DNA of 64,000 nt from a bacterium (GCA_963669175.1 OY769902.1:1088001-1152000); one strand, 5' to 3'; shown: positions 9,632 through 20,552, counted from the first letter of the stretch. The notes: a model not told the origin generated them from the letters alone. Numbers and translations: made by a program.

Positions 9632-11032
9632 ATGGCAGACGACCACATCCAGGACACCAGTTACCGTGACCATTTGAGCCATTACGACGGTACCGGCCGA
9701 CGACGGTTGCTGCATCCACGTTTCCCCAAGGGCAAATTCACCACTCTGCGCATGATCATGGCGATTGCTTTGATCTCACTGTTCTTTGTTGGTCCTTACA
9801 TTCGTGTTGGCGGAAAGCCGCTGCTGCTGGTGAATATCCTGCAACGTGAATTTGTACTGTTCGGCATCACATTCTGGCCGCAGGATCTGTTTATCATCCT
9901 GGTTGGGATTATCACCTTTGCTGTTGGTGCGATCCTGTTTACGGTTGCCTTTGGTCGTCTCTGGTGCGGGTGGGCATGTCCACAAACCATCTGGCTGGAA
10001 TGGATGTTCCGAAGGATTGAGCGGTTGATCGAAGGGCCGCCGAAGAAGCGGATTGCCCTGGCTAAAGCGCCCTGGACACCAAGAAAAATAGTGATCAAGC
10101 TGTTCAAACAGATCGTGTTTTACAGCCTTGCCCTGCTGGTCAGCCTCACCTTCATGGCCTACCTGATCGGGTCGGAAACCATGCTGCAATACCTGCAGGA
10201 TGGTTTTGCCGCGCATTCCGGCGCTTTCACTGGTGTTATGCTGTTTGCCGGGTTCTTCTGGTTCATCTTCGCATCGTTTCGTGAAAATGCCTGCATCCTG
10301 ATCTGCCCGTACGGACGTTTGCAGGGAGTGTTACTGGATGAAAACTCGATTCAGGTGGCGTATGACTGGAAACGTGGCGAACCGCGCTCGACGCTGAAGC
10401 ACGCAAAAACGATGGATCGAGCAGGTGACTGTGTTGAAGATGAACTATGTGTACAAGTCTGCCCGACCGGGATTGATATTCGTAACGGCAGCCAGCTAGA
10501 ATGCATTAACTGTACCGCCTGCATGGATGCCTGCAACGGTGTGATGGACAAGTTGAAGCGTCCACGTGGCCTGGTGCGTTACGCCAGCTTGAACGGGATC
10601 GAAAACGGGCAGAAACTCCGGTTTACTCCACGCATGATCCTGTACAGCGTAGTTCTGACCGGTCTGCTTGGGTTTCTGGTATTTATGATGACTACGCGAA
10701 CCATCACGGAAACCACCATCCTTCGTGCGCCGGGAATGACGTACACGGAAGCGCCGGATGGACGGATTCGAAACCTGTACACGATCAAGGTGATCAATAA
10801 AACTGATCAGGCCATGCCGCTGGAATTTAAGCTGGTTGAACCGTCAAGCGGTGAATTGCAGATGGTTGGCCAGCATCAGGATCTTGAAAGCGGTGGGGTG
10901 TTTGAGGGGGCCATGATCATCCTGATCCCGGAAAGTGCGCTGAAACGCGGTAAGAACCGGGTGAAAATCGAAGTCTGGACCGGCGAAAGGAGACTGGAAA
11001 CGATTGATACGTATTTCACCGGGCCGTTGTGA
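9632..11032 (+). CDS. ccoG: Cytochrome c oxidase accessory protein CcoG (FixG family)
   Basis: GRLWCGWACPQT, CPYGRLQ, CVQVCPTGIDIRNG.QLECINCTACMDAC and Ig-like FixG C-terminus. Confidence 0.93.
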   Translation: MADDHIQDTSYRDHLSHYDGTGRRRLLHPRFPKGKFTTLRMIMAIALISLFFVGPYIRVGGKPLLLVNILQREFVLFGITFWPQDLFIILVGIITFAVGAILFTVAFGRLWCGWACPQTIWLEWMFRRIERLIEGPPKKRIALAKAPWTPRKIVIKLFKQIVFYSLALLVSLTFMAYLIGSETMLQYLQDGFAAHSGAFTGVMLFAGFFWFIFASFRENACILICPYGRLQGVLLDENSIQVAYDWKRGEPRSTLKHAKTMDRAGDCVEDELCVQVCPTGIDIRNGSQLECINCTACMDACNGVMDKLKRPRGLVRYASLNGIENGQKLRFTPRMILYSVVLTGLLGFLVFMMTTRTITETTILRAPGMTYTEAPDGRIRNLYTIKVINKTDQAMPLEFKLVEPSSGELQMVGQHQDLESGGVFEGAMIILIPESALKRGKNRVKIEVWTGERRLETIDTYFTGPL

Positions 11033-11144
11033 TACCCTTAAACAATTGAACAAGATGATAGCCTGCACTTCGGTTTATTGAATAGTTGTTGTACATTCTC
11101 CTATCCATATCCATTGGGCCGGATGTCGAGGGGAGGGATTTTCC

Positions 11145-11660
11145 ATGTCAAAGTATGTGCTTCTTTTGTTTCTGCTGTTTGGGGTTGTGTTGATTGCCTG
11201 CCAGCCTGTTCCGATTGACGAAGCCGCCGAGAAGAAAGCTGTCGAAAAGCAGATACGCGCCAGCATTGAATGGGCATTGACCAAGGATAAAGATGCCCTC
11301 TTCGGATCAATGACACAGGATTCCACCCTCTTCTTTTTCCAGACGGACAGCCGCAGCACCGTGAACGGTTTTGACCAGTTTGCTGAAAATGTTGACGAAG
11401 TGTTCATGGACGATCGTTTTGTCGCCACACGAACCGATATACAGGATTTGCGCATCACGCTCTCCCGGAGCGGGACTGTCGCCTGGTTTGCCTGTATCCT
11501 GGATGATTACGGGGAATGGGACGGCAGAGAGATCGGGTGGGAAGATTGCCGTTGGACCGGTGTGCTGGAGAAACTGGACGGACACTGGCGCATTCGTCAA
11601 ATGCACTTCTCCCTTGCCGAGGACCAGGTCGCGGCGGAAGCAAAGGAAAGCGAAGACTAG
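11145..11660 (+). CDS. SnoaL-like/NTF2-fold lipoprotein
   Basis: Lipobox LIAC; C-terminal RWTGVLEK..GHWRIRQMHFS. Confidence 0.8.
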   Translation: MSKYVLLLFLLFGVVLIACQPVPIDEAAEKKAVEKQIRASIEWALTKDKDALFGSMTQDSTLFFFQTDSRSTVNGFDQFAENVDEVFMDDRFVATRTDIQDLRITLSRSGTVAWFACILDDYGEWDGREIGWEDCRWTGVLEKLDGHWRIRQMHFSLAEDQVAAEAKESED

Positions 11661-11718
11661 TGGACCGGTCCACTAAGAATCCTTCGCTTTCCTGAAATAT
11701 ATCCTATGTGGATTCAGG

Positions 11719-12600
11719 TCAGCTTCTCAATTCGCTGTCGTGATCCTCGCGGTTTTTCCAGCCGAAAAACGACTCGAAATATTGTTTCCCGGGCGCAGAT
11801 CTGCTGCTGAAATGAGATGTCCACCGCGAATGTATTTTCTCCAGCTCATCCAGGTTTCCGTTGTCCAGTTCACGTTGAAGCAGGGTAAGCAGGATATCCG
11901 AGCCCAGGCTGTATTGTTCCGAATAAGCAACTACCGGGCTTTCTGACCAGAAGGCCTGGTGAATTCCCTGGCCATCTTCGGTTAACAGGGCAATGATCCC
12001 CTGCTTGCCATCAACCGTCATTCGCAGCCATTGCCTGGGCCAGCCGCTGATGATTCTTTCTTTGCGAGCCTGCGCGACAAACGTGGCTTTGATGGTGACC
12101 GGTTCATATACATGCAGGCACAGGGTCAGGCCACGGTCCACCAATTCCTGGAATCGTGGCAGCAGACGTTGATAGGGCGCAGGATATATATCCGCCAAAA
12201 CCGCCATTTCCGCAGAATGCAACATCCTGTCACATCGTTCATACAGCTGATCAACAGATTGGATCTGGTACAGGTTGTCATCCGCTTTGGGACGGCCGGC
12301 ATTGCGCAAAATATCTTCAACCCGTTGCCTGTTTTCAGCAAAACGGCGGTCCAGTTGTTTCAGCAATTCATCCGGATGCACGGCACGGACATGCTTGCCG
12401 CTGTCCGCTTCCATCAGCACCGCGCCCTTCTGGTGCAATGTGGTCAATGCCTTGTAAACATTGGCCGTGGGCTTATGTATCCGCTTGGCGATACCATAGC
12501 CTGTCTGCGGTTTCATCCCAAGCAAAGTGAGATAAATCTCGGATTCCAACTGGGTAAAACCAAGTTCGGTCAGCGCTTCTATATCCCTGATCTGATCCAT
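11719..12600 (-). CDS. TrmB-family transcriptional regulator
   Basis: LGFTQLESEIYLTLL wHTH, VYKALTTL; PLD-like sensor region with MTVDGK. Confidence 0.88.
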   Translation of the reverse strand: MDQIRDIEALTELGFTQLESEIYLTLLGMKPQTGYGIAKRIHKPTANVYKALTTLHQKGAVLMEADSGKHVRAVHPDELLKQLDRRFAENRQRVEDILRNAGRPKADDNLYQIQSVDQLYERCDRMLHSAEMAVLADIYPAPYQRLLPRFQELVDRGLTLCLHVYEPVTIKATFVAQARKERIISGWPRQWLRMTVDGKQGIIALLTEDGQGIHQAFWSESPVVAYSEQYSLGSDILLTLLQRELDNGNLDELEKIHSRWTSHFSSRSAPGKQYFESFFGWKNREDHDSELRS

Positions 12601-12860
12601 GATGTTCCTTTCAAAACTCGCAACACACGTATCATCTTTAAAATATAAAGAAAGAAAGGAAAATTCTCCGCCTCGCTCCGTTTCAGCCGGGCAGGAGCGG
12701 CCTTTTCTGACAACGCATTATTCTGCCAATATACCCAAATGGGGCGCAGGTCTAAATCACTGATTCTTTTGTGTATGAACCAGCTATTGGACTTCTCGAA
12801 TCCTTCCGGGATTAAAACAAAGATGTCCTGCCTGTTACTTTTTAACATGGAGAGGCATTG

Positions 12861-12889
12861 AAAAAAGGCGGGCCGAAAACTGGCCCGCC
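12861..12889 (-). terminator. Intrinsic terminator of the 12918-15338 gene
   Basis: GGCGGGCC/GGCCCGCC stem followed by a T-tract on the minus strand. Confidence 0.75.
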
Positions 12890-12917
12890 GAATTGTGCAA
12901 ATGGTATTTCTTCGGTA

Positions 12918-15338
12918 TCACTTGAGCAGCATGACTTTCCTGAGTTCATTCAGTTTACCGGGTACATTCACCCGCATGAAATACACACCGCTGGCCAGAG
13001 TTGAACCGTCAAACGTCAGCGACTGATAGCCTGCCTGGTAACGGTCATTGGCCAGGGTTGCCACCTTCTGTCCCATCACATTAAACACGGTTACCTCCAG
13101 CTCAGCCGTTTCTGCAAGTGCAATCACGACTGTTGTGGAAGGATTGAACGGGTTGGGGTACAGCGCTGCCAGCCCGAATTCTTCCGGGATGCCGGAGAAG
13201 CTCTGTTCCGGTACGGCAAGTTCCGGTTCCAGGACAAAGTTCCACGTTTCATCGCTGTAAACGGTATCGCCACCGGCTATGGCTGCGATCCTCCATTCCA
13301 CGTATACCGAATCGTTCCAGGGCGGCGCCATGTTGATGCCGGCAAGTTCAGGAATATCCACTGTCAACCGGCTCAACTGCACACTATCGACCTGGACAGA
13401 TGTGTCTTTTGCGGTGCAGTTTACCACCAGGGATGCCAAATAAAGTACGTCATGTTCCGGGTCAGGGTCTTCCGAATCTTCCCAGTCAAGAAGGACGTCG
13501 TGGACATTTTCGTAAGGGAAGAACGTATTGTTGTCCGGCTGCAGCAATTGGAAGGCTTCCGGCGGGTGGTTCACGTTGATTGTGAACGCCCACATTTCCG
13601 TGAAGGTGCCGTCTGTGTCACCTTCGTAAGCATGGACTTTCCAATACAGGTTCTGGCCGTCCGCGCCATTGTAAATGATGGTGGTGTCTGTCAGGCCCGC
13701 AGCGTAAGGATCGCCCAGATTGTTCGGATTCCAGCCAACATAGATGTCGTAGAAAACGTCCTGCCCTTCCGGGTCGTATGTAGAGTGCCAGGCAAACTCA
13801 AACGATTCTGTGGTAACCGTCTCATTATTGCCGGGATAGATCAGTTCAAAAGGAGCTGGGGGGACATTACCGAAGCTGGCTCGAACCGGGAAATTGCCAA
13901 AGGTTGCTACTGCCAGGGAGTCCCCGATAAAACGGTAACAGCCGACAGGCATGTCCGCATTGGCCGCAGAGACCGGGGGACTGGAATCCAGATGCCAGGT
14001 CAGGCCTTCCGCGGTAATGCCAAACCCGGCGATGACAAATTCTCCTTCCTCCAGAACAAGACCATCCGGCATCTCTTCAGAGGAAAGATCGAATTCGTTC
14101 CAGCCAGCCAGCAATCCTTCATTTGTGGACCAGGCTTCCTCGTAATTACCCTCCTCATCCATGATCCAGATTCTCAGGATACTTGAATCCGAGTCGGCGT
14201 CATCGTACCAGGCCACATTTTCTACCAGCGCCGGGTACCTTACCGGGTAAAACGGGACTCCCCATCCCGTGCCGGCCGAAGAACCGATACTGACTTCAAG
14301 CTCGTCATCATAATAGGACATGGTATCCGAGATCGTGACAACGCACTGCAGCAATTTGGTGTCGTTGTCATCGGCGAGGATTTCATCCTCATCGGAGAAG
14401 ATGCGTGCGGTAGCGATGTACTTCCCGGTTTCGTTGCATATCCACAAGTCAGAACAGGTAACAGTAACGGTATCGGCCGATCCCTCTTCTATCGGATCGA
14501 TATCCATATCACAACTGAATACGGTATCATCGTCGATATCTGTTATGGTAAACAGGACGGTGGGGTCAGGGGATTCGATGGTGCCCCGGTTGAAGAACTT
14601 TCCAGTGAGCTCGACTGTGTCCCCTTCGAGGATATGGAATTTCTGTATATCGTTGTAAAGCGACAAGGCTCGAAAATCAAAATAGTCACCGGTAAATTCA
14701 CCGCAGGCGACCATCATCCAGTCATAGGGAACCGTGTAGCTCATGTTATCCGGGGCCATGTCTGAAGTAGCGGTTTTGCTTCGTGCGCCGGGAACCGGAC
14801 CGTCATTATCCAGCCAGATGGACCAGCCTCCAGCCCCATCCTCCCCCGGCACCGGGCCGACGACAATCCAGACTTCGTCGCTTTGTTCCAGCGAGATGAA
14901 ATCTTCTTCATCCAGGGACAATTCGACCCAGCCATCATCGTTATCAGTGGGTTCTTCTGCATCCCAGATCTGGGCGATCAATGTACTGGGGGTGTTTGTG
15001 TCCGGATCATTTGCATAGACCCAGCAACTGGCGTAGGGTACTTCATCGTCCAGAGCGTAAAAGCGAACACCCTGAAGGTCAAAATCAACGGGGATCAGGA
15101 ACCGCTGCCCCGCATAGTAGCCCGTAAGCTGGGAAAAATGAAGCGGTTGGTCAACATAAGTGAAGTAGTACAGAGAATCGGTAAACACTTCATCCAATTC
15201 TCCTGATGGTCCCCCAAGGAGAGGAACCGGCAGGTTTACAGGTGTGTCTGTTGGGGTAAATACCGGCCCCGGCTGGCCAGCAAAAACCACAGTACACAGC
15301 AATACTCCGCCGACAAAGATCAGCAGCCACTTCTTCAT
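12918..15338 (-). CDS. Secreted acidic multidomain protein with C-terminal T9SS type-A-like sorting domain
   Basis: Signal peptide; Ig/FN3-like PPxxFxLxxP modules; C-terminal LYPNPFNPST...LASGVYF...KVMLLK. Confidence 0.8.
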   Translation of the reverse strand: MKKWLLIFVGGVLLCTVVFAGQPGPVFTPTDTPVNLPVPLLGGPSGELDEVFTDSLYYFTYVDQPLHFSQLTGYYAGQRFLIPVDFDLQGVRFYALDDEVPYASCWVYANDPDTNTPSTLIAQIWDAEEPTDNDDGWVELSLDEEDFISLEQSDEVWIVVGPVPGEDGAGGWSIWLDNDGPVPGARSKTATSDMAPDNMSYTVPYDWMMVACGEFTGDYFDFRALSLYNDIQKFHILEGDTVELTGKFFNRGTIESPDPTVLFTITDIDDDTVFSCDMDIDPIEEGSADTVTVTCSDLWICNETGKYIATARIFSDEDEILADDNDTKLLQCVVTISDTMSYYDDELEVSIGSSAGTGWGVPFYPVRYPALVENVAWYDDADSDSSILRIWIMDEEGNYEEAWSTNEGLLAGWNEFDLSSEEMPDGLVLEEGEFVIAGFGITAEGLTWHLDSSPPVSAANADMPVGCYRFIGDSLAVATFGNFPVRASFGNVPPAPFELIYPGNNETVTTESFEFAWHSTYDPEGQDVFYDIYVGWNPNNLGDPYAAGLTDTTIIYNGADGQNLYWKVHAYEGDTDGTFTEMWAFTINVNHPPEAFQLLQPDNNTFFPYENVHDVLLDWEDSEDPDPEHDVLYLASLVVNCTAKDTSVQVDSVQLSRLTVDIPELAGINMAPPWNDSVYVEWRIAAIAGGDTVYSDETWNFVLEPELAVPEQSFSGIPEEFGLAALYPNPFNPSTTVVIALAETAELEVTVFNVMGQKVATLANDRYQAGYQSLTFDGSTLASGVYFMRVNVPGKLNELRKVMLLK

Positions 15339-15716
15339 AAGCCCTCCTGTTCGCGTCTGAAGTCGTGCTACAAGCGGGTGGATCGATTTATTTGGATCAA
15401 TCCACGGATATCAGTTCCAAAGATCACAAAGCAAATCATCGCATCAATGCTAAAAATAATACAGCAAAGCAAAAAAGGCCAACACGATCCTTAGGTAAAG
15501 AAAAAAAAGCGTCTCGCTGATGGAAAATGGGGACTGCCACACTTTTCGCTTGCGAATAATCCGAGGATCTCGACCCACATATTACTTGTGTGTAAAGCTG
15601 TTAATTGCTGGGAAACATGTTGCGAAAAGGTGGCTGTCCCAGCATTTTCCTGTGTGGAACCATCCTGTAGCAGTGAGCGAAAAACCCGGTACAGTTACCT
15701 TTCGTTAACACTGGTT

Positions 15717-16006
15717 TGGAGATTGCCGGGAAAAGGGGACGGGATCCTTTTCCTCGCGCTTATACAGAATATTTCTGAAGTGTTCCTGGAAAAGGAAACT
15801 GTCCCCTTTTCCGTGTAATTCCTGCCTGATCTCAAGAAAAAGGGTACAGCCACCTTTCCCAGTCCATGCTCACAGCGGGAAGGCCTTGCCCCAGGAAAAG
15901 AAAACTGTCCCCTTTTTCTATAGTCCTTTATTCCAACTATATGATTGATCTTTCACTGATATGCTACATGACCGTATGACGGTTGATAATGGGGATGGCT
16001 ATTACA
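15717..16006. repeat. About 290-bp dispersed element with GGGGACAG/CTGTCCCC motifs (copy 1)
   Basis: Aligns in reverse orientation to 47261-47551. Confidence 0.88.
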
Positions 16007-16172
16007 GCGCCGTTTTTCGCTTTGGTAAAGAAACAAAATCATGAGAGGATCGAGCCACAAGAAAACCCGGCGACTTGAGTGCTGTCTCTTACCCACATCT
16101 TCTGAAAGCTGTATCAGTAAAAGAGTTGTGGACATAGCATTTTTAGAATCCCGGCGGGATTCCCTATTTTAG

Positions 16173-16419
16173 CATAGTGTACAGGCCGTCTGTTTGGCCT
16201 GTACACTATGTCAGGTATTCTAACGAATAATCAACCCTGGAAGGGTTGCATAATACGCGATTCATATTAGTACGTTCAATAAATACAGGAAATAACGCAT
16301 TTTATATTCTATACAAACCAATTGGGTGTAAATTATACGTTATGCAACCCTTCCAGGGTTGAGATAAGGTTTGATCTTTTTCGTAGGGTAGACGCTAAAC
16401 AGACAGCGTCAACCCTACG
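16173..16419. repeat. Cluster of palindromes: 15-bp-stem hairpin, 23-bp inverted-repeat doublet and REP-like hairpin
   Basis: CATAGTGTACAGGCC/GGCCTGTACACTATG (16173-16210); TCAACCCTGGAAGGGTTGCATAA/TTATGCAACCCTTCCAGGGTTGA (16231-16362); CGTAGGGTAGACGCT/AGCGTCAACCCTACG (16382-16419). Confidence 0.9.
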
Positions 16420-16526
16420 CTAAAATATACCACCCCCTCTGGGGTGGCAGAAACACGAAGATGTGAGCAAGAGACAGGACTTGAGTGGCCGGGTAACAGT
16501 TACAGGTACAATGGAAAGGTTCTCAA

Positions 16527-16715
16527 TCACAACTCGAGTGTTTTCCCTGTGATTTGCTGGGTAGCGACTTCAAACTTCTTCAGCATGTCCGGGCTGTCGG
16601 GAGTCAGGGCTGCTTTTGCCGAGGGAACCCCCGTTTTCATGGCGAGCTGCATTTTGCCTTGCAGTCCTTTTTGATCCAGGACAAACTTGTAGTATTTCAA
16701 CAGTTTTTCCGCCAT
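16527..16715 (-). CDS. 62-aa hypothetical protein coupled to the V4R gene
   Basis: MAEKLLKYYKFV...KTLEL; ATG 1 nt after the V4R stop, with GGGAGGG upstream. Confidence 0.75.
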   Translation of the reverse strand: MAEKLLKYYKFVLDQKGLQGKMQLAMKTGVPSAKAALTPDSPDMLKKFEVATQQITGKTLEL

Positions 16716-16716
16716 A

Positions 16717-17325
16717 TCAGTTGCCCTCCCAGTAGCCTTTGAGTGCCTTGATATAGGGGTTTGCTTCATTTCCCCACTTGTCGGGAGGTTGAATTTTCCA
16801 TTCACAATGGTCATCGCCCTTACCCATACAAAGGGGCTCAATAGCAAGCAGGGGCTTCCCGAAGAAACCGGTTGACCAACCTGACGCATACCCCATTAAT
16901 GACCAGCAGACGACATCATCAGAGACATTATTGTGCATCAGGTGTTGCTCGGCTTCGTAAGAATTCTTCCAGATACCGGTGAACAGAAAATGCCCGGTTT
17001 CACGGTCGTATTCGAGTTCTTTCGGGATTGCTCGCACGATGCCTTCCCAGGTATGAATAACAGGTCCGGAAGAAAGTAATTCCAGTTCAGAATCAAACTT
17101 GTACCCGATTTTCATTTGCATGAAATCAGTGAAACCGTTTTCATAGCCGAAGCGTAGAAAAAACTCACGGGCTTTTTCCAGGCCCAGCTCTTCGATGAGA
17201 TTCTGTCGCAACAAACCGATAGCGTCTGTCGAGAACATGACCAGTCGGCTACCCTTGAACATGGTCTGCCCTGTCTCGAGGCTGAACTCCAAATCTTTTG
17301 ACAGGTTGAAATCAGTTGCTTTCAT
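16717..17325 (-). CDS. Stand-alone XylR N-terminal + V4R domain protein
   Basis: GLLRQNLIEELG...FFLRFGY; WKNSYEAEQH; CWSLMGYASGW...EPLCMGKGDDHCEW; no AAA+ domain; GGGAGG before ATG 17325. Confidence 0.88.
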   Translation of the reverse strand: MKATDFNLSKDLEFSLETGQTMFKGSRLVMFSTDAIGLLRQNLIEELGLEKAREFFLRFGYENGFTDFMQMKIGYKFDSELELLSSGPVIHTWEGIVRAIPKELEYDRETGHFLFTGIWKNSYEAEQHLMHNNVSDDVVCWSLMGYASGWSTGFFGKPLLAIEPLCMGKGDDHCEWKIQPPDKWGNEANPYIKALKGYWEGN

Positions 17326-17585
17326 GCAAACCTCCCTTTGGGGCATTGGGTCACGGTTCTCGTGGATTGATCTGCCACATTACAAAATAACTGGAATTAT
17401 TAGATAAGAAATAAAGCCGGTCAATTTTTGTAAAATGATTGGAGACACGGTAGCGCCACGTGGAAGGGGCCTGAAAGTGAAATCCTGGGGCATGATTCCC
17501 GTGTGCAATCGTTCCCTATTTGCCCTCTATCGAGCTGTTCCCTCAAGTGTTTTATACTATATTGCTTACCGGCTTAAACGGTTAC

Positions 17586-20552
17586 ATGGCGAGGTTTCCC
17601 ATTACTACGCGAAACAAACTGATCCTGGTAATACTTGTCTTACTGGTAGCAGCATTCTCATGCACGGCTGGATTGTATCCACAGGAACGTGACTGGAAAA
17701 GTTACCGGCTTGGCGGACTTACCGTTCATTTTCCGGAAGGCTATGAACAGCAGGCGGTATATACCATGCAACGCGCCAAGGTTCACCTTGATACGTTGCA
17801 GACCTGGTATGAATTCCGTCCGCCGCGAGTCGAGATCATCCTGAACCCTGATTGGGATGTGAATTACGCACATGCTACCATTTTCCCCGTTCGTGTGGAG
17901 ATACCGGTTCATCCGGCGCTGAGCAAACAGCTTCGTCCGCAGGATGGTTTCTACCTGGACCGTGTGCTGGCCCACGAGCTCACTCATGCCATGCAGTTTT
18001 CCATGAGCGCAGGGATTACCAAACCACTTCGAAAGGTTTTCGGCGAAGTTATTGCTCCGGTTGGGTTGCAGCCGGACTGGGCGCTGGAGGGGCAGGCAAT
18101 CATAACCGAAAGCGTTTCCGGTGGTGGTCGGCTGAACTCAAGTTTTTACCATATGCTGTGGGAAACACCGGCAATCTCCGGGGATACCTGGCGGTTGGAC
18201 CAGTTGGCTGTTCCGGGTCGGGTGAATCCTGTCACGAATCGTGCGTATGTCGGTGGTGGTGAATTGCTGAGCATGTTGTGGGTAGACCGTTTCAGCAAGC
18301 GTGATTTCAGCAAATGGCTGCGAGAACAGGCAAAATGGCCTGGTCTGGCTGGCATTGCTTTTAAGCGCACCTTTGCCGGTATGTCGGCCGGGCAGCAGTA
18401 TGAACGTCTTCGTGGTGTGACCCGCGCAACGATTCGTTCCATGTTGCTGGATCGTGAGAACAAGGGATTTGTTACCGGAGAACCGCGGCTCGAGATGAAA
18501 CGGACCGGCTGGCGGCGAGCGCTCTGGACTCCTGAAGGAGATTTGCTGGCGCGTGAGCTGTCCTATGACCGTCCAACACGGATCGCACGCACCAACGCCG
18601 CTATTGGCGGCCTGCTCGATTGTGGTCCGGAACTTGGTTATACGCCAGACCCCGGTATGACCCTTTATGCGGAAGGTTATATCACATCCGAGAGCAGACG
18701 TGATCAGAAAGCCTCGAAGAAAGAAGAAGTTCAACTGGTATATGTGGATAAAAAAACAGGTTCAATTCCCATAATAAATTCCGGCCCGGTTCGCGGCTGG
18801 TCGCCGGCCTGGTCAAAGCAGGCACACAAGCTGGCCTGGGTCGCCCCCACGGATAATGGTGGCCTGGCGCTGAAACTGGCCGACCTGGTGCCTGACAGTT
18901 CCGGTGCATTGAGGGCGACAAACATCGAGGAGGCCATCTCGACCCGCCTTGGATTGCTGGCGCATCCGGCCTGGAGCAGTAATGGGAAACACCTTGCTTT
19001 TGTCGCTGATCTCGGTGAAGGGGAAAAGGTCTACCTGTGGATGCTGGAAACCGGGAAACTGTTCCGTATATCCATTGATAACGCAAGGTGTACCTGGGAC
19101 CCTGCTTTTTCTCCAGACAACACACTTTGGGTATCAGCCGATAAAGATGGCATGCTGGACCTGTTTGAAATTGATATCGTCAAGGGGGAAGCGCGCAGAC
19201 GTACGCGTGTGCTGACCGGTGCGGTCGAACCTGCCGTTGCACCGGATAACCGTCAGGTTGCTTATTCACACTACACATCTGACGGCTTTGTGCTCGTGGT
19301 GCTAGACTCATCGAAAATGGCCGACAATCGTGTTCACTTCACCATCGACAAGGTTGATCCTGTCGTATTCTCCGAAGCGGACACCCTGTTCCAGGAAGCT
19401 CCGACCGGCGCTTTTGTACCCTATAAAGTCAAGGATCACCTGCTGCCACGATTCTGGATGCCTGCGGGAACGGTACTGTATGGTGATGAGGTGTTTGCCG
19501 GAGCGGCGACCTACGGACGCGACCCCCTCGGTTTCATGGAATGGACCGCATTGGCGCTGGCCGGGGTGCGTACCGGAAAGCCCGACATGTTACTGTCTGG
19601 CGTTTATCATGATTATTACGCTGATTATAGTGCCTTCATCCGTGCCTATCCTGACGATGCAACCCTGTATCATCCTGTACAGGATACATCAAGCAATGCC
19701 TACTGGGTCTATCCTACACAGCCATACCCGATCCGGCTGGAAGGTGGCGCAGCGGTTGACATTCCTTTCTATCATGATGGGGGGCCGTGGAGTCGGACAA
19801 CCAATGTGTCGGTCGGCTGGATAACACGTGAACGCTTTACGCAATATCGCTTGGTTGACGGCTTCAAAGGCGAGCGTTACCACGGTATACAGCTCGGACT
19901 GGGCTATCGTGCCGCCTATGGCGCCAATCGTGATCCGGTGCCGCGTCACCTGTATTACGGTCGCATCAGCGCCGAACAATCTCTTGATCCCATCAGCAAG
20001 TTAAACGGCGACCTCGTTATAACCCAGGGCCGGTTCAACTTCCCGGGACCGGCGGATGGATTGGTGATAAGCCTGTCGGGAGCGATGCAGGTGCAGAGCG
20101 GAGATCTTGATTATTCGCGTGCGCTTGTGCGTCCACGCGGATATTACAGCGATGATCTGTCCTACCAGTTGGAGCAGGGCAAATTGGCGCTGGCAGGGGT
20201 GTCTGTGTATTCACCGCTGTGGTTTACAGACGGTGGGTTGTGGCATGGCTTGCTGTACCTGGAACGGATCGATGTGGAACTGTTCGCAGAAACAGCTACC
20301 GGGTGGGGCGGGGGACGATCACTGTCCTCCTGGATGAACGATGACCGGATCAGCTCGCTCGGTGGTTCGCTGCATTTCGGCGGGTATGCGTTTATGGATG
20401 CGGCGGTGCGTTTTACGGCCGGTGTGGCCTATCGTACCGGGTTTGAAGACTGGGCCGGATTTGTCGGGATTGGACTGCCGAATGTGCCTGGAATTGTATA
20501 CGATGCCTGGACACGGGATCAAAGCCCACGCTCCTTCGGCTTCGATAATTGA
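17586..20552 (+). CDS. Outer-membrane protein: N-terminal gluzincin-like peptidase, TolB/PD40 beta-propeller and Omp85-like barrel
   Basis: Signal peptide; LAHELTH followed by PDWALEG; PAWS/PAFSPD/PAVAPD repeats; beta-strand-rich C-terminus. Confidence 0.72.
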   Translation: MARFPITTRNKLILVILVLLVAAFSCTAGLYPQERDWKSYRLGGLTVHFPEGYEQQAVYTMQRAKVHLDTLQTWYEFRPPRVEIILNPDWDVNYAHATIFPVRVEIPVHPALSKQLRPQDGFYLDRVLAHELTHAMQFSMSAGITKPLRKVFGEVIAPVGLQPDWALEGQAIITESVSGGGRLNSSFYHMLWETPAISGDTWRLDQLAVPGRVNPVTNRAYVGGGELLSMLWVDRFSKRDFSKWLREQAKWPGLAGIAFKRTFAGMSAGQQYERLRGVTRATIRSMLLDRENKGFVTGEPRLEMKRTGWRRALWTPEGDLLARELSYDRPTRIARTNAAIGGLLDCGPELGYTPDPGMTLYAEGYITSESRRDQKASKKEEVQLVYVDKKTGSIPIINSGPVRGWSPAWSKQAHKLAWVAPTDNGGLALKLADLVPDSSGALRATNIEEAISTRLGLLAHPAWSSNGKHLAFVADLGEGEKVYLWMLETGKLFRISIDNARCTWDPAFSPDNTLWVSADKDGMLDLFEIDIVKGEARRRTRVLTGAVEPAVAPDNRQVAYSHYTSDGFVLVVLDSSKMADNRVHFTIDKVDPVVFSEADTLFQEAPTGAFVPYKVKDHLLPRFWMPAGTVLYGDEVFAGAATYGRDPLGFMEWTALALAGVRTGKPDMLLSGVYHDYYADYSAFIRAYPDDATLYHPVQDTSSNAYWVYPTQPYPIRLEGGAAVDIPFYHDGGPWSRTTNVSVGWITRERFTQYRLVDGFKGERYHGIQLGLGYRAAYGANRDPVPRHLYYGRISAEQSLDPISKLNGDLVITQGRFNFPGPADGLVISLSGAMQVQSGDLDYSRALVRPRGYYSDDLSYQLEQGKLALAGVSVYSPLWFTDGGLWHGLLYLERIDVELFAETATGWGGGRSLSSWMNDDRISSLGGSLHFGGYAFMDAAVRFTAGVAYRTGFEDWAGFVGIGLPNVPGIVYDAWTRDQSPRSFGFDN

